Shown here: positions 19,783-29,247 of the stretch, one piece after another
Numbering within the stretch: the first letter of the stretch is position 1
Layout of the letters: every line of letters starts with the position of its first letter
Assembly: GCA_002774875.1 (NCBI GenBank)
Contig: PCYM01000001.1
Span: 182,153-246,152 of the forward strand
Direction of reading: 5' to 3'
Source: Candidatus Uhrbacteria bacterium CG10_big_fil_rev_8_21_14_0_10_50_16
Lineage (GTDB): Bacteria; Patescibacteriota; Patescibacteriia; UBA9934; UBA11717
Length of the DNA: 64,000 nucleotides
Program-made: the position numbers and the translations under genes
Notes under the pieces: generated by a model
Seen by the model: the letters and a program-made list of their open reading frames with translations, nothing else
Told to the model about the DNA's origin: nothing
Databases searched by the model: none

Positions 19783-21159
19783 CTACAATTCCGTAATTTT
19801 TTGACCGTCTGCTGTGTCATCCACGTGATAGCCCATGTCTGCAATCAATGACCTCAAGCGGTCTCCTTCCTCCCAGTCTTGTGTTTCACGCGCCACTTGT
19901 CGTTGATCAACCAGCTCCTGGACCTCTTCGGAAACCACGAGCGGTCGTGCAATGTAATCAATCAGCCCAAGCCCAAGCACCGCGTCCCATTTTTTGAGTG
20001 TTTGTGCCTTAGATGAGCTTGCGAGTTGAGAATCATTTACCAGCTCCCACACCAAGGCAATCGCACGTGGTGTATCTAAATCGTTATTTACCGCCTCTAA
20101 AAATCGAATATCAAAGTCAGCCGATCCAACTGAGGGCATCTCCCATTCTCGCACCATTTGACGAAGACGTTTGAGGGCGCTTTGTGCCGCCGCAAGCGAG
20201 TCCCAAGTAAAGTTAAGTTGCTGCCGGTAGTGCGCGGTCAGCGTGAGGTAGCGGAAAATCACCGGATCAAATCTCTTCTCGATCAACTGATCTGCCGTAT
20301 ACACGTTTCCAATCGACTTACTCATCTTACCGCCGTCTACGAGCAGAAATTCGTTATGCATCCACACGCGTGCCTCCGTAGTCCCTTTGCTACCCTGCGC
20401 TTGCGCCATCTCGTTGGGATGATGAATCATTTTGTGATCAATCCCGCCCGTGTGAATATCGTAGAGCTCGCCGAGCTCCTTAATGGACATAGCTGTACAT
20501 TCCACATGCCAACCGGGAAATCCAATACCCCAGGGAGATTCCCATTCCATTTGACGATGTTCCTCGGGTGAAGAGAACTTCCAAAGCGCAAAATCTGCTG
20601 AGTGTTTCTTTTCTGTGTTCTCTTCTATTCGTGCCTCCTCGTTTTCTGATTCCCCCATACCACGCAACACGCCGTAGTCGGCAAGCGTGGACGTATCAAA
20701 ATACACACCGTCGGAGGTTGTGTAGGTGTGTCCGTTTGCTTCGAGCTCCTGTACGATGGCAATCTGTTCTGCAATGTGATCTGTAGCCTTAGGAAGTGCA
20801 TCTGGTCGCGAAATATGGAATCGATCCATGTCCAGATAGAACTGATCTGTGTGGTGCTTTGCAACTTCCCATGCGGTCATCCCCTGCTCTCGCGACCCTT
20901 TTTCCATCTTGTCCTCACCCTGGTCCGCGTCGTCTGTCAGGTGACCTACGTCGGTAATATTCATCACCCATTTAACCTCCAATCCGTTAAAACGAAGGGT
21001 GCGTACCAAAATATCGGCAAAAATAAACGCGCGAAAGTTTCCAATGTGCTGCGTGTTGTACACCGTAGGCCCACACGTGTAAACACCGACCAGGTCTCGA
21101 TAAAGCGGTTCAAAAACTTCCTTTTTCTTTGTAAGCGAGTTGTAAAGCTGAATGTCCAT
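19783..21159 (-). CDS. cysS: Cysteine--tRNA ligase
   Basis: YTCGPTVY, HIGN, MNITDVGH, DFALWK, GFPGWHVEC, KMSKS. Confidence 0.97.
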   Translation of the reverse strand: MDIQLYNSLTKKKEVFEPLYRDLVGVYTCGPTVYNTQHIGNFRAFIFADILVRTLRFNGLEVKWVMNITDVGHLTDDADQGEDKMEKGSREQGMTAWEVAKHHTDQFYLDMDRFHISRPDALPKATDHIAEQIAIVQELEANGHTYTTSDGVYFDTSTLADYGVLRGMGESENEEARIEENTEKKHSADFALWKFSSPEEHRQMEWESPWGIGFPGWHVECTAMSIKELGELYDIHTGGIDHKMIHHPNEMAQAQGSKGTTEARVWMHNEFLLVDGGKMSKSIGNVYTADQLIEKRFDPVIFRYLTLTAHYRQQLNFTWDSLAAAQSALKRLRQMVREWEMPSVGSADFDIRFLEAVNNDLDTPRAIALVWELVNDSQLASSSKAQTLKKWDAVLGLGLIDYIARPLVVSEEVQELVDQRQVARETQDWEEGDRLRSLIADMGYHVDDTADGQKITEL

Positions 21160-21204
21160 AGTGAGGCTAGTTTACCAGATCTGTTGCAAACACAAAACCT
21201 GTAT

Positions 21205-21577
21205 AAAAGAACAGCCCCACCGAGACATTCGGTGGGGGCCGGGAGGGAGAGGTGGCGCCACCGAATGTTTCTCGATGGAACCGTTCTACTGTGTGGTTGA
21301 AGCGTAATTAGGCACTGTCACAAACGCTTAATCAACACACACAGGCCAGAATTTCCACGCAGGCGAGGGGGAATTCCTGCAATGGCTAGGGGACAGCACG
21401 GGGCGGCGTGCTGTCTCAACTGTAGCGTCTGGCGGCTACGATCCGTTATGAACCTGGTCGAACAGGTGCTGCAGCGTGAGCCACAACGCGATTTCCCCGT
21501 AGGAGAACCGTCATAACAGGACCTACGCGTGACATAAGGATCGTTGGGTCGAACGCTCCCTATGCCAGTCACGTATG
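21205..21577 (-). ncRNA. Candidate structured ncRNA B (~370 nt), family unknown
   Basis: Own promoter (TTGACA 21611-21606, 17 bp, TAATTT), nested helices, terminal CCCCACCGA hairpin plus U-rich tail; no credible ORF. Confidence 0.6.
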
Positions 21578-21582
21578 GCAAA

Positions 21583-21611
21583 AAATTATCACAATCCAAG
21601 AGCCCTGTCAA
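21583..21611 (-). promoter_or_regulatory. Sigma70 promoter of candidate ncRNA B
   Basis: TTGACA-N17-TAATTT with extended TG. Confidence 0.7.
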
Positions 21612-21621
21612 CCCCTGGATA

Positions 21622-21802
21622 CAACAACCCCACCATGAGTCGTTTGGTGGGGGAAGAGAGTCCCACCGTACGTAGGTGGGATTGCTGGTATGTCGTGCCT
21701 GATCGCCCGAGGACAATGCAACTGCACAGGCGCACGCGCGAGCGTGGGCACAGGCGGCACGGGGAAATCATGGCGGTTGGACCATGACGACCGTGCCGGG
21801 CA
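21622..21802 (-). ncRNA. Candidate structured ncRNA A (~180 nt), family unknown
   Basis: Own promoter (TTGACC-N17-TAGTTT), consecutive GC-rich hairpins ending in a CCCCACCA/TGGTGGGG terminator-like stem. Confidence 0.55.
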
Positions 21803-21808
21803 AGGAGC

Positions 21809-21837
21809 AAACTACCACAAACAAAAAAAGAGGTCAA
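21809..21837 (-). promoter_or_regulatory. Sigma70 promoter of candidate ncRNA A
   Basis: TTGACC-N17-TAGTTT with extended TG. Confidence 0.65.
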
Positions 21838-21874
21838 GCCCCTGCCTCTCCTATCCTTTTATGAGACAGGTTCG

Positions 21875-22399
21875 TTAATCTCGTGTTACACCGATGCAAA
21901 ATATTGGTGCCACAATCCACAAGATCGTTCCAAGCGGACTCATAAAAAGAGACTGCATAAATACCGAGAATCCACTCACTGTTTCTGCATTAAACTGTTG
22001 AAAGAGGATGACTGTCAACATTCCGAGTGCAGACGCAGACACAAAAACGGATGCCGCGCGCGAGCCTCGCTCCTCCTCTAATGTATCGCCAATTCCGTAC
22101 TGAACAATTGCAAACACGATTCCCGCAAGCCCGGCAATCACGCCAATGCGTCCCGGAATACTCGTTGGAATCCCAAACGTGCCGTGTATCCACGCAAGTG
22201 CTGCACTTACGCTCACGATTCCTACAACCACATAACCTGCGATCACAAACGCGAGCGTCTTCCCTCTCCCCCACATCCCAACAAAAAATGCGAGGCCTAC
22301 AAGTAAGGCCGTTAACAAAACATCCCAAGAAGGGTGCTCTCCAAAAATCGACAAGCCCCAGGCAAGTGCCGTGGCTGACCATTGTGCAAGTTGATCCAT
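21875..22399 (-). CDS. Hypothetical multi-pass membrane protein
   Basis: About 5 hydrophobic segments; start moved to MDQLA. Confidence 0.75.
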   Translation of the reverse strand: MDQLAQWSATALAWGLSIFGEHPSWDVLLTALLVGLAFFVGMWGRGKTLAFVIAGYVVVGIVSVSAALAWIHGTFGIPTSIPGRIGVIAGLAGIVFAIVQYGIGDTLEEERGSRAASVFVSASALGMLTVILFQQFNAETVSGFSVFMQSLFMSPLGTILWIVAPIFCIGVTRD

Positions 22400-22467
22400 A
22401 AAGACTAGTCTATCAAACTCGCGCCGCTTGTACGACGTGGATAAAAAGAACAGGCTCAATGCCTGCT

Positions 22468-23532
22468 CTATTCCTCTCGCAAATCGAGTTCTTGCAAAAG
22501 TTGTTTCTGCTTCTTGTTAAGCTTTGTTGGTGTGACAACAAAGATCGTCACAAGTTGATTTGCTCGACCGCGCCCTGTCTCAATTCCCTTTCCTTTAATA
22601 CTCAACACGTCGCCAGATTGCGTACCGGGTGGCACCTTCATCTTCACCTTTCCATCAATCGTCTCCACTTCCACGGAATCTCCAAGTGCGGCTTGCGTGA
22701 ATCCCACCGTCACCGAAGATCGCAGGTCAAACCCATCGCGCTCAAAACGCGCATCATCCTTAATAAACACACGGATAAACAAGTCGCCCGGCTCACCACC
22801 AAAGGGTGCCGCCTCTCCTTTACCGCGCACACGCACAGATTCTCCGTCGCTCATACCAGGTGGCAACGTAATCTTAATCGTAGATTGTTTTTTGACGGTT
22901 CCGGTGCCGGAGCACTCCCCGCAAGCGTGCTCAGCTTCCTTGCCTTGTCCATGGCACACGTCGCAGGCAACGGTTTGTGCAATTTGTCCAAACGGCGTGT
23001 TGCGTGCCACGCGCTTTACTCCTTGGCCACTGCAGCTTGTACACGTCTTAGTTTTGCCATCTTTTGCGCCTGTCCCCGCACAGTTGTCGCACGTGTCTGT
23101 CTTGCGTAACGTAATCTCCTTCTCTGCACCACGCACCACCTCCTCAAACGTGAGCTGCATGTCGGTTTGAATATCCTGGCCTTGCGAGCGACGTCGACCA
23201 CGGCCACCACCTCCAAACATGCCGCCAAAGATATCTCCCAGGTCTCCCAAATCTCCAAAATCAAAATTCACGCCTTGTGCGCCAAATCCACCAAAGCCCG
23301 CGCCAGGTGCACCTCCGCCGCCACCAAACGCCGCCTCTCCAAACTGATCGTACTGCTGGCGTTTTGACTCGTCTCCCAAGACTTGGTATGCGGAGTTGAT
23401 CTCTTTAAACTTAGCCTCATCTCCCCCCTCCTTATCCGGGTGATATTTGTGCGCCAGTTTTCTAAACGCCTTTTTGATCTCCTCCTGCGTCGCTCCCCGC
23501 TCAACTCCTAAAATTTTATATGGATCTGGCAT
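22468..23532 (-). CDS. dnaJ: Chaperone DnaJ
   Basis: J domain HPD, G/F-rich region, four CxxCxGxG motifs. Confidence 0.97.
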   Translation of the reverse strand: MPDPYKILGVERGATQEEIKKAFRKLAHKYHPDKEGGDEAKFKEINSAYQVLGDESKRQQYDQFGEAAFGGGGGAPGAGFGGFGAQGVNFDFGDLGDLGDIFGGMFGGGGRGRRRSQGQDIQTDMQLTFEEVVRGAEKEITLRKTDTCDNCAGTGAKDGKTKTCTSCSGQGVKRVARNTPFGQIAQTVACDVCHGQGKEAEHACGECSGTGTVKKQSTIKITLPPGMSDGESVRVRGKGEAAPFGGEPGDLFIRVFIKDDARFERDGFDLRSSVTVGFTQAALGDSVEVETIDGKVKMKVPPGTQSGDVLSIKGKGIETGRGRANQLVTIFVVTPTKLNKKQKQLLQELDLREE

Positions 23533-23546
23533 GCAATGAGAAAGAA

Positions 23547-24521
23547 TTACTTGATCTGAAACGTTCCTAAACCTCCACGATTAAAGACGTAAGAATGACT
23601 GCCAATGGCAAAGTGAATCTCCTCTGGGCGGTCCAACATCGCCACCCAGTCCACACCAAATTCATCCACTTGTCCTTTGAGTACCGACGTTGAATCAGAC
23701 GCAGACGAGAGTAGATACGAAGGATTCGTTCCGTTTGTATCAATCGTCACCTCCAAATCTCCTCGTTTGATTGTGGTGATCGCCCATCCTCGCTCATCCT
23801 GTGTCGACGTTGCCGACCCGATCAACGCGCGATATTTTGTATTCAGATCGATCGTAAAGGCGTCTTCCATACTCACGCCTGCATCACCCATACCCATACT
23901 AATGAGTAGCTTGTCGCCAACCATCTGCATCTCTCCCACGGTTCCCGTCTCCCCTTCTGGAAACCCTTGTGTGGTGGACAACGTTGAGAAAAATCCTAGG
24001 ATTTCTACGTTATTCACATTCTTTTGACGCATCACAACGCAGAGACTCTGCCCATATATTCCGCAATATTCCTGGTTCACATCCTTGTCTGGAACAGACA
24101 TAATGCGAATATCATCCAGAGCGGCGATGTGCAGACGATCCACCTCTACAAGAAGTCCGGTCTGCAACGCCTCACGAAGCATCTCTTGGAGATCCACAGA
24201 CGCATTTCCCGCAGCTGGATACCCTTCCAGCACATACTGATCATAAATAGAGCGAACCGTTACGGCATCTACTTCATTCTCCATCATCTCATCCATCATG
24301 TCTCCATCACCCTCCTCCACGTTTGCCGAGTCCTCCACGGAGTCCTTTTCCTCACGCGGCATGGTGGTAAGAATACCTCCACCCACAATCGCAATAGACA
24401 CAATAAACAACGCCATCCAAAACACCAAGGAACTCTCCTTCTCCTTTGCACCGCGCGTAGGTGTCTCTACGCGCGGTGTTGCTTTTATTGTCTTCTTTGT
24501 TGTGGTTTTTTTAGTGGCCAT
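23547..24521 (-). CDS. Hypothetical single-pass membrane protein between dnaK and dnaJ
   Basis: Basic N-tail, TM helix, acidic extracellular domain. Confidence 0.8.
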   Translation of the reverse strand: MATKKTTTKKTIKATPRVETPTRGAKEKESSLVFWMALFIVSIAIVGGGILTTMPREEKDSVEDSANVEEGDGDMMDEMMENEVDAVTVRSIYDQYVLEGYPAAGNASVDLQEMLREALQTGLLVEVDRLHIAALDDIRIMSVPDKDVNQEYCGIYGQSLCVVMRQKNVNNVEILGFFSTLSTTQGFPEGETGTVGEMQMVGDKLLISMGMGDAGVSMEDAFTIDLNTKYRALIGSATSTQDERGWAITTIKRGDLEVTIDTNGTNPSYLLSSASDSTSVLKGQVDEFGVDWVAMLDRPEEIHFAIGSHSYVFNRGGLGTFQIK

Positions 24522-24522
24522 A

Positions 24523-26430
24523 TTATTCCGCCTTTGTTTTCTCACCGCCTTCCTTTACATCCTCGACCTCTGCCTCTTTGATGTCTTCCTTCTTTTCGCC
24601 TTCCGTTGATTCTGCACTCTTAGCTTCTTGTTCTGCCTGATACATAGCCGCACCAACTTTTTGCGCCGATGTTGTGAGTTCGTCTGCGGCCTTTTTGATA
24701 GCCTCCATGTCTGTTCCGTCTTTAACGGCCCTCAATGCCTCTAATTTTTCCTCAACCTCTTTTTTATCTGCCTCGCTTACCTTGCCTCCACCCTCCTTGA
24801 GCATTTTCTCCGTGGTGTACACAAGTGTATCGGCAAGGTTCTTGGTCTCAATTTCTTCGCGCTTCTTTTTGTCTGCCTCCGCGTTTGCCTCCGCGTCCTT
24901 CTTCATCTTCTCCACTTCTTCCTTACTCAAACCGGTGGACGATGTGATGGTAATCTTCTGCTCCGTGCCAGTTCCCTTATCGACCGCCTTTACATTAAGG
25001 ATACCGTTTGCGTCGATGTCAAAACTCACCTCAACTTGTGGAACACCACGCGGTGCCGGTGGAATACCTGAGAGGATAAACCGACCAAGCGTCTTGTTGT
25101 CTTGTGCCATTTCTCGTTCACCCTGCAACACGTGAATCTCCACCGAGTTTTGATTGTCAGCCGCGGTTGAGAAGATTTGTGACTTGGACGCCGGAATTGT
25201 GGTATTGCGTTCGATCAATTTGGTCGACACACCACCCAACGTCTCCAACCCAAGAGATAACGGCGTAACGTCCAGCAAAAGCACGTCCTTCACGTCTCCC
25301 TGTAACACACCTGCCTGCACAGCCGCACCCATGGCAACCACCTCGTCTGGGTTAACTGTAACGTTTGGTTTTTTGCCAAAGAATTCTTCCACGGTCTTTA
25401 AGACGAGTGGCATGCGCGTCATTCCACCCACCATAATCACCTCATCAATATCCGATGCCTTCATACCGGCATCCTCCAAGGCCTTTTTACAAGGCTCGAG
25501 CGTCTTGATCGCAAGGTCATACACCAACTCCTCCAATTTTGCACGTGTCATGGTCATCACCAAGTGCTTTGGACCATCGGCGCCCTGTGTAATAAACGGC
25601 TGATTGATCTCGGACTGTTGTGACGTGGACAATTCGATCTTCGCTTTTTCTGCTGCCTCTTTTATACGTTGAAGTGCTAGAGGATCTGCACCCAAGTCAA
25701 TCCCTTCTTGATTCTTAAATTCTGCAATGATCCACTTAATAATCACCTGGTCAAAATCGTCTCCACCAAGATGTGTGTCTCCGTTGGTTGACTTTACCTC
25801 CACCGTGTCGTCGGAGATATCCAAAATGGACACATCAAACGTTCCACCACCAAGGTCGTACACGGCGATTTGCTGACCAACCTTTTTATCGAACCCATAT
25901 GCCAATGCTGCAGCCGTTGGTTCGTTGATAATACGTCGTACTTTAAGACCCGCAATCTCTCCTGCGTCTTTTGTGGCCTGTCGTTGTGCGTCGTCAAAAT
26001 ACGCTGGTACCGTAATCACCGCCTCTTCAATCTTCTCGCCAATTTTAGCTTCTGCGTCCGCTTTAAGTTTACCCAAAATCATGGCAGAGATTTCTTGAGG
26101 CGTGTATTCCTTGTCACCCAACGCAACCTTAATCCCTTCGCCAGACTGTACGAGCTTAAATGGAAACAGTTCCGCGTCGCGCTTAACTTCTGGGTCATCC
26201 CATCGACGACCAATCAGACGCTTTAATGAGAACAACGTATTCCCTGGGTTTGTAACTGCCTGCCGTTTTGCTGCGATTCCCACCAAGCGCTCTCCCGTTT
26301 TTGATTCTCCAACCACAGACGGGGTTGTGCGATGTCCTTCTGCATTTTCTAAAATAAGAGGTTTTCCTCCTTCAATCACCGCGATAGCGGAGTTGGTTGT
26401 CCCAAGGTCGATTCCGAGTATTTTTGCCAT
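24523..26430 (-). CDS. dnaK: Chaperone DnaK
   Basis: [30 protein letters not shown]. Confidence 0.98.
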   Translation of the reverse strand: MAKILGIDLGTTNSAIAVIEGGKPLILENAEGHRTTPSVVGESKTGERLVGIAAKRQAVTNPGNTLFSLKRLIGRRWDDPEVKRDAELFPFKLVQSGEGIKVALGDKEYTPQEISAMILGKLKADAEAKIGEKIEEAVITVPAYFDDAQRQATKDAGEIAGLKVRRIINEPTAAALAYGFDKKVGQQIAVYDLGGGTFDVSILDISDDTVEVKSTNGDTHLGGDDFDQVIIKWIIAEFKNQEGIDLGADPLALQRIKEAAEKAKIELSTSQQSEINQPFITQGADGPKHLVMTMTRAKLEELVYDLAIKTLEPCKKALEDAGMKASDIDEVIMVGGMTRMPLVLKTVEEFFGKKPNVTVNPDEVVAMGAAVQAGVLQGDVKDVLLLDVTPLSLGLETLGGVSTKLIERNTTIPASKSQIFSTAADNQNSVEIHVLQGEREMAQDNKTLGRFILSGIPPAPRGVPQVEVSFDIDANGILNVKAVDKGTGTEQKITITSSTGLSKEEVEKMKKDAEANAEADKKKREEIETKNLADTLVYTTEKMLKEGGGKVSEADKKEVEEKLEALRAVKDGTDMEAIKKAADELTTSAQKVGAAMYQAEQEAKSAESTEGEKKEDIKEAEVEDVKEGGEKTKAE

Positions 26431-26451
26431 ATGATTTGATTCTGATTGATG

Positions 26452-27000
26452 TTAGTTGATCGTGTTCTTTGCTTTTGCCACCACTACGCGTGCGGGGCGA
26501 ATAAGCTTGTCGAACAGTTTAAATCCACGTTGTAACACCTGCAAGATAGTTCCCTCCGGTTGATCGCTTTCCCGCTCCTCCGCCGATTCCTGCTCATTAG
26601 GATTAAACATTCCTACAGGTTCCAGCACAGTGAGCCCTTGCTCCGTCAACTTGTCCAACAAGAGCTTTTGCACATGCCCGATTCCAATGAGCCAATTCTG
26701 GATCTCCTTTTGTGTGGCCTCGTCACAGCGCTCCGTATTTGGAGGTTGACGCATCGCCGCGTCAAAGTAGTCGATCGTTGGCAGTAGGTCTTGAATGAGT
26801 GCCGCCGTGGCGTATTTGGCAAATTCTGTGCGTTCTTGTGACGCATTACGTTTGAGGTTCTCATAGTCCGCAAGTGCGCGCTGCCATCCGGCTAAATAGT
26901 CTGATGCGAGTTGATCAGGAGTTTTCTCAACAGGCACGTCTACAATTTCTTCCTCCATTTCTGTGGCCGAAATCTTTTTTACTGGTTCTTTTTTTGCCAT
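26452..27000 (-). CDS. grpE: Nucleotide exchange factor GrpE
   Basis: QRALADYENLKR, FNPNEQE, QRGFKL...IRPARVVV. Confidence 0.95.
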   Translation of the reverse strand: MAKKEPVKKISATEMEEEIVDVPVEKTPDQLASDYLAGWQRALADYENLKRNASQERTEFAKYATAALIQDLLPTIDYFDAAMRQPPNTERCDEATQKEIQNWLIGIGHVQKLLLDKLTEQGLTVLEPVGMFNPNEQESAEERESDQPEGTILQVLQRGFKLFDKLIRPARVVVAKAKNTIN

Positions 27001-27003
27001 ACG

Positions 27004-27696
27004 TTAATTGGTAAGGAGTCTTCGCACTTCACGCAACAACGCGCGATTATAACCGTAATTCATGCGCGTGGGGCCAATAATGCTCACCACGCCATGCACG
27101 CCCGACGGATCATCGAATGAGATAAACAGAGAGGAAAGCTGCTCGCCAAACGGGTTCTCGTTTCCGATGAGAATACACACATCGTCAAACCGTCTGCGCA
27201 TGAGTTGGGCCATAGTTGCGTCCATGACATCCATGAGTTGACTAAACCGGCGCATTTGGTCTGCACTGGCAAACTCAGGAAGTTCAAACAGCCGAGAGAT
27301 GCCCGTGGTATAGGAATGACGCGGACCCAGGGTAAACACGACGGCGTTTCCGGTGAGTGCGGCGAGTTGCACGCAGAGTTGACGCAGTCGCACCTCCATA
27401 TTGCGCACCCGCGATTGATCCACGAGTTGTTTATACTCACGTTCCAGGCGTCGCTTTTGCTCAAGGAATGTCTCAATGTAATACCGATACCCCGTGTCCG
27501 TTGGAATGCGGCCGGCAGAGGTGTGTGGAGAAACAAGGTATCCTTCTTCCTCCAACTCCGCGAGATCGTTCCGAATGGTTGCGCTTGAGACACCAATGTC
27601 TGGCAACTGCGCCAACCACGAAGAGCTCACCGGCTCGGCAGATTGTATGTAACTCTCCACGAGCAGCTTCAAAATTTGTTCTTGTCTCTGTGTCAT
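27004..27696 (-). CDS. hrcA: Heat-inducible transcription repressor HrcA (short form)
   Basis: VSSATIRNDLAELEEEGYL..PHTSAGRIPTD.GYR; IIGPTRMNY. Confidence 0.94.
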   Translation of the reverse strand: MTQRQEQILKLLVESYIQSAEPVSSSWLAQLPDIGVSSATIRNDLAELEEEGYLVSPHTSAGRIPTDTGYRYYIETFLEQKRRLEREYKQLVDQSRVRNMEVRLRQLCVQLAALTGNAVVFTLGPRHSYTTGISRLFELPEFASADQMRRFSQLMDVMDATMAQLMRRRFDDVCILIGNENPFGEQLSSLFISFDDPSGVHGVVSIIGPTRMNYGYNRALLREVRRLLTN

Positions 27697-27702
27697 GGGG
27701 TA

Positions 27703-27743
27703 TTAGCACTCGTCATTCTACACTGCTAGTTTTTGGGTGTCAA
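27703..27743 (-). promoter_or_regulatory. CIRCE-like operator overlapping the sigma70 promoter of the hrcA operon
   Basis: TTAGCACTC-N9-CACTGCTAG (27703-27729) versus consensus TTAGCACTC-N9-GAGTGCTAA; promoter TTGACA-N17-TAGAAT on the minus strand. Confidence 0.85.
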
Positions 27744-27789
27744 GATAACTGAAGAGGCCGCTGTTTGCGACCTTTAATAGAAACAATCG

Positions 27790-27822
27790 ACGGGCGGCAG
27801 GGAGAGTTCCCCGCCGCCCGTT
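27790..27822 (-). terminator. Terminator-like hairpin of the 27836-28546 cassette
   Basis: ACGGGCGGC...GCCGCCCGT stem. Confidence 0.65.
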
Positions 27823-27835
27823 TGGAAGTTGTGGG

Positions 27836-28546
27836 TCATTCGATGCGACGCTCCTTGAGCAGTACCAGCGTGAGGACATCGGCCGCCAAGGTTACCGCGA
27901 TGCATAGCCGAATCACCGGCACGTTGAGCGAGCCCGGGACGTTCTCCACAAAGAGCAGGAGTACTACACCGGTGGTTGCAGCATCTGCCAAGAACCGTGC
28001 ACGTTGCGCCCACATCGAGAGCTGCTGCGGTTCCTGCGCTTGCATCACAAACGGCACGTAGGCCACGGAGATGTAAGCGCCGATGATCACCGCGCCGGAG
28101 ATGGGATCCTGCACGTTAAACTGTTGCGCGAAACTCTGGTACAGCACCGTCGTCAAAGTGAGCACGGCGCCCGCGGTCAGAGCCTTGAGCATGCGGCTAG
28201 TGCCCTTGTCGGCAAACAGTACCCAGCACACCACCAGCACAGTATCCATGGCCAGCCATGGCCACTCGATGATGCGCAGCGGCAGCTCGACTGGATCCGT
28301 AGGCGGCCACACAAGAGTGAACGTGTACTCAAAGCTCCACATCATTGCCAGACCCAGCAACGGAATGTTGTTGACCTTGTTCTTGATGCTTCCTCGAATC
28401 AACAAGATGAAGGTTGCCGTCCACCCGGCAAGCACGCCCACCAAGCTCAGACACGCCATCAAGGCAAGCGGCCACGGCAGACTCTTGAGGACGACCAACG
28501 TCTCACGAATCGCGTCCAACGTTACAAGGGGTTCACACGTTTCCAT
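27836..28546 (-). CDS. Integral membrane protein resembling Pyr4/PaxB/XiaE transmembrane terpene cyclases
   Basis: About 7 TM; GWTATFILLIRGSIKNKVNNIPLLGLAMMWSFE, WLAMD, QLSMW, C-terminal AAD; SD AGGAG; TTGACA promoter at 28618. Confidence 0.6.
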   Translation of the reverse strand: METCEPLVTLDAIRETLVVLKSLPWPLALMACLSLVGVLAGWTATFILLIRGSIKNKVNNIPLLGLAMMWSFEYTFTLVWPPTDPVELPLRIIEWPWLAMDTVLVVCWVLFADKGTSRMLKALTAGAVLTLTTVLYQSFAQQFNVQDPISGAVIIGAYISVAYVPFVMQAQEPQQLSMWAQRARFLADAATTGVVLLLFVENVPGSLNVPVIRLCIAVTLAADVLTLVLLKERRIE

Positions 28547-28669
28547 GTCTTTCTCCTCTCCAAGTACGTCAGCGTCATAACGACTCTGCGAACTTATCAG
28601 ATTTTTGAAATTTGTCAACGGAGCCGCCTAAACAAAAAAGAGCCCGAGGCTCTTTTAAGCAATGAATCG

Positions 28670-29005
28670 TTATTTTTTTCTTCGTTTTTTTGTGATACGC
28701 CCACGAATACTCATTTGATCGTGATAGCGTGCAAAAACTAGCTCGCCGACGATTCCAATTCCAAAGAGCAACAATGGAATAGAGAGGAGTGCGTAGACAC
28801 TTGTTACCAAGCGAGAGGTGTCCGATGAGGGTGCAAGATCTCCATAGCCGACTGTCGTCACCGTTGCCACGGAAAAATAAAACGCCTGGATCCATGTCCA
28901 ATTCTCAAGCCGCTGAAAAATGATCGTACCTCCTACCAAGAGCGCCGCGAGCACCACAAAGATCAGGAAGATACGTTTTACAAACTGGTTTGTAATCGTA
29001 TTCAT
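28670..29005 (-). CDS. Two-TM potassium channel (KcsA-like, Ion_trans_2)
   Basis: AFYFSVATVTTVGYGD selectivity filter. Confidence 0.93.
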   Translation of the reverse strand: MNTITNQFVKRIFLIFVVLAALLVGGTIIFQRLENWTWIQAFYFSVATVTTVGYGDLAPSSDTSRLVTSVYALLSIPLLLFGIGIVGELVFARYHDQMSIRGRITKKRRKK

Positions 29006-29247
29006 GATGACATTGTATCAATAAAGGATCCTTTTCTCTCTCCTTTTGTGTGGATAACAAACTCGCGCAAACGGAGGTTCTTCTATTGACAGGATCCGAA
29101 TTTAGAGATATGTTCATTTTATTGGAAAGGTTTATTGAGTCTGTGAGATAAGCGCTGTGTTTATCGATCATTGGTAAACAAGGCGCTTGTCTCATGCACG
29201 AGATGGCCGTGACCGTCCGAAGACGGATCGATTCTAGGGAGACGGTG

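Noticed and set aside
21318-21878. Short ORFs in the cysS upstream region
   Set aside because: They cross predicted promoters and terminators, have atypical Cys/Arg-rich composition and lack an SD; RNA structure explains the region better
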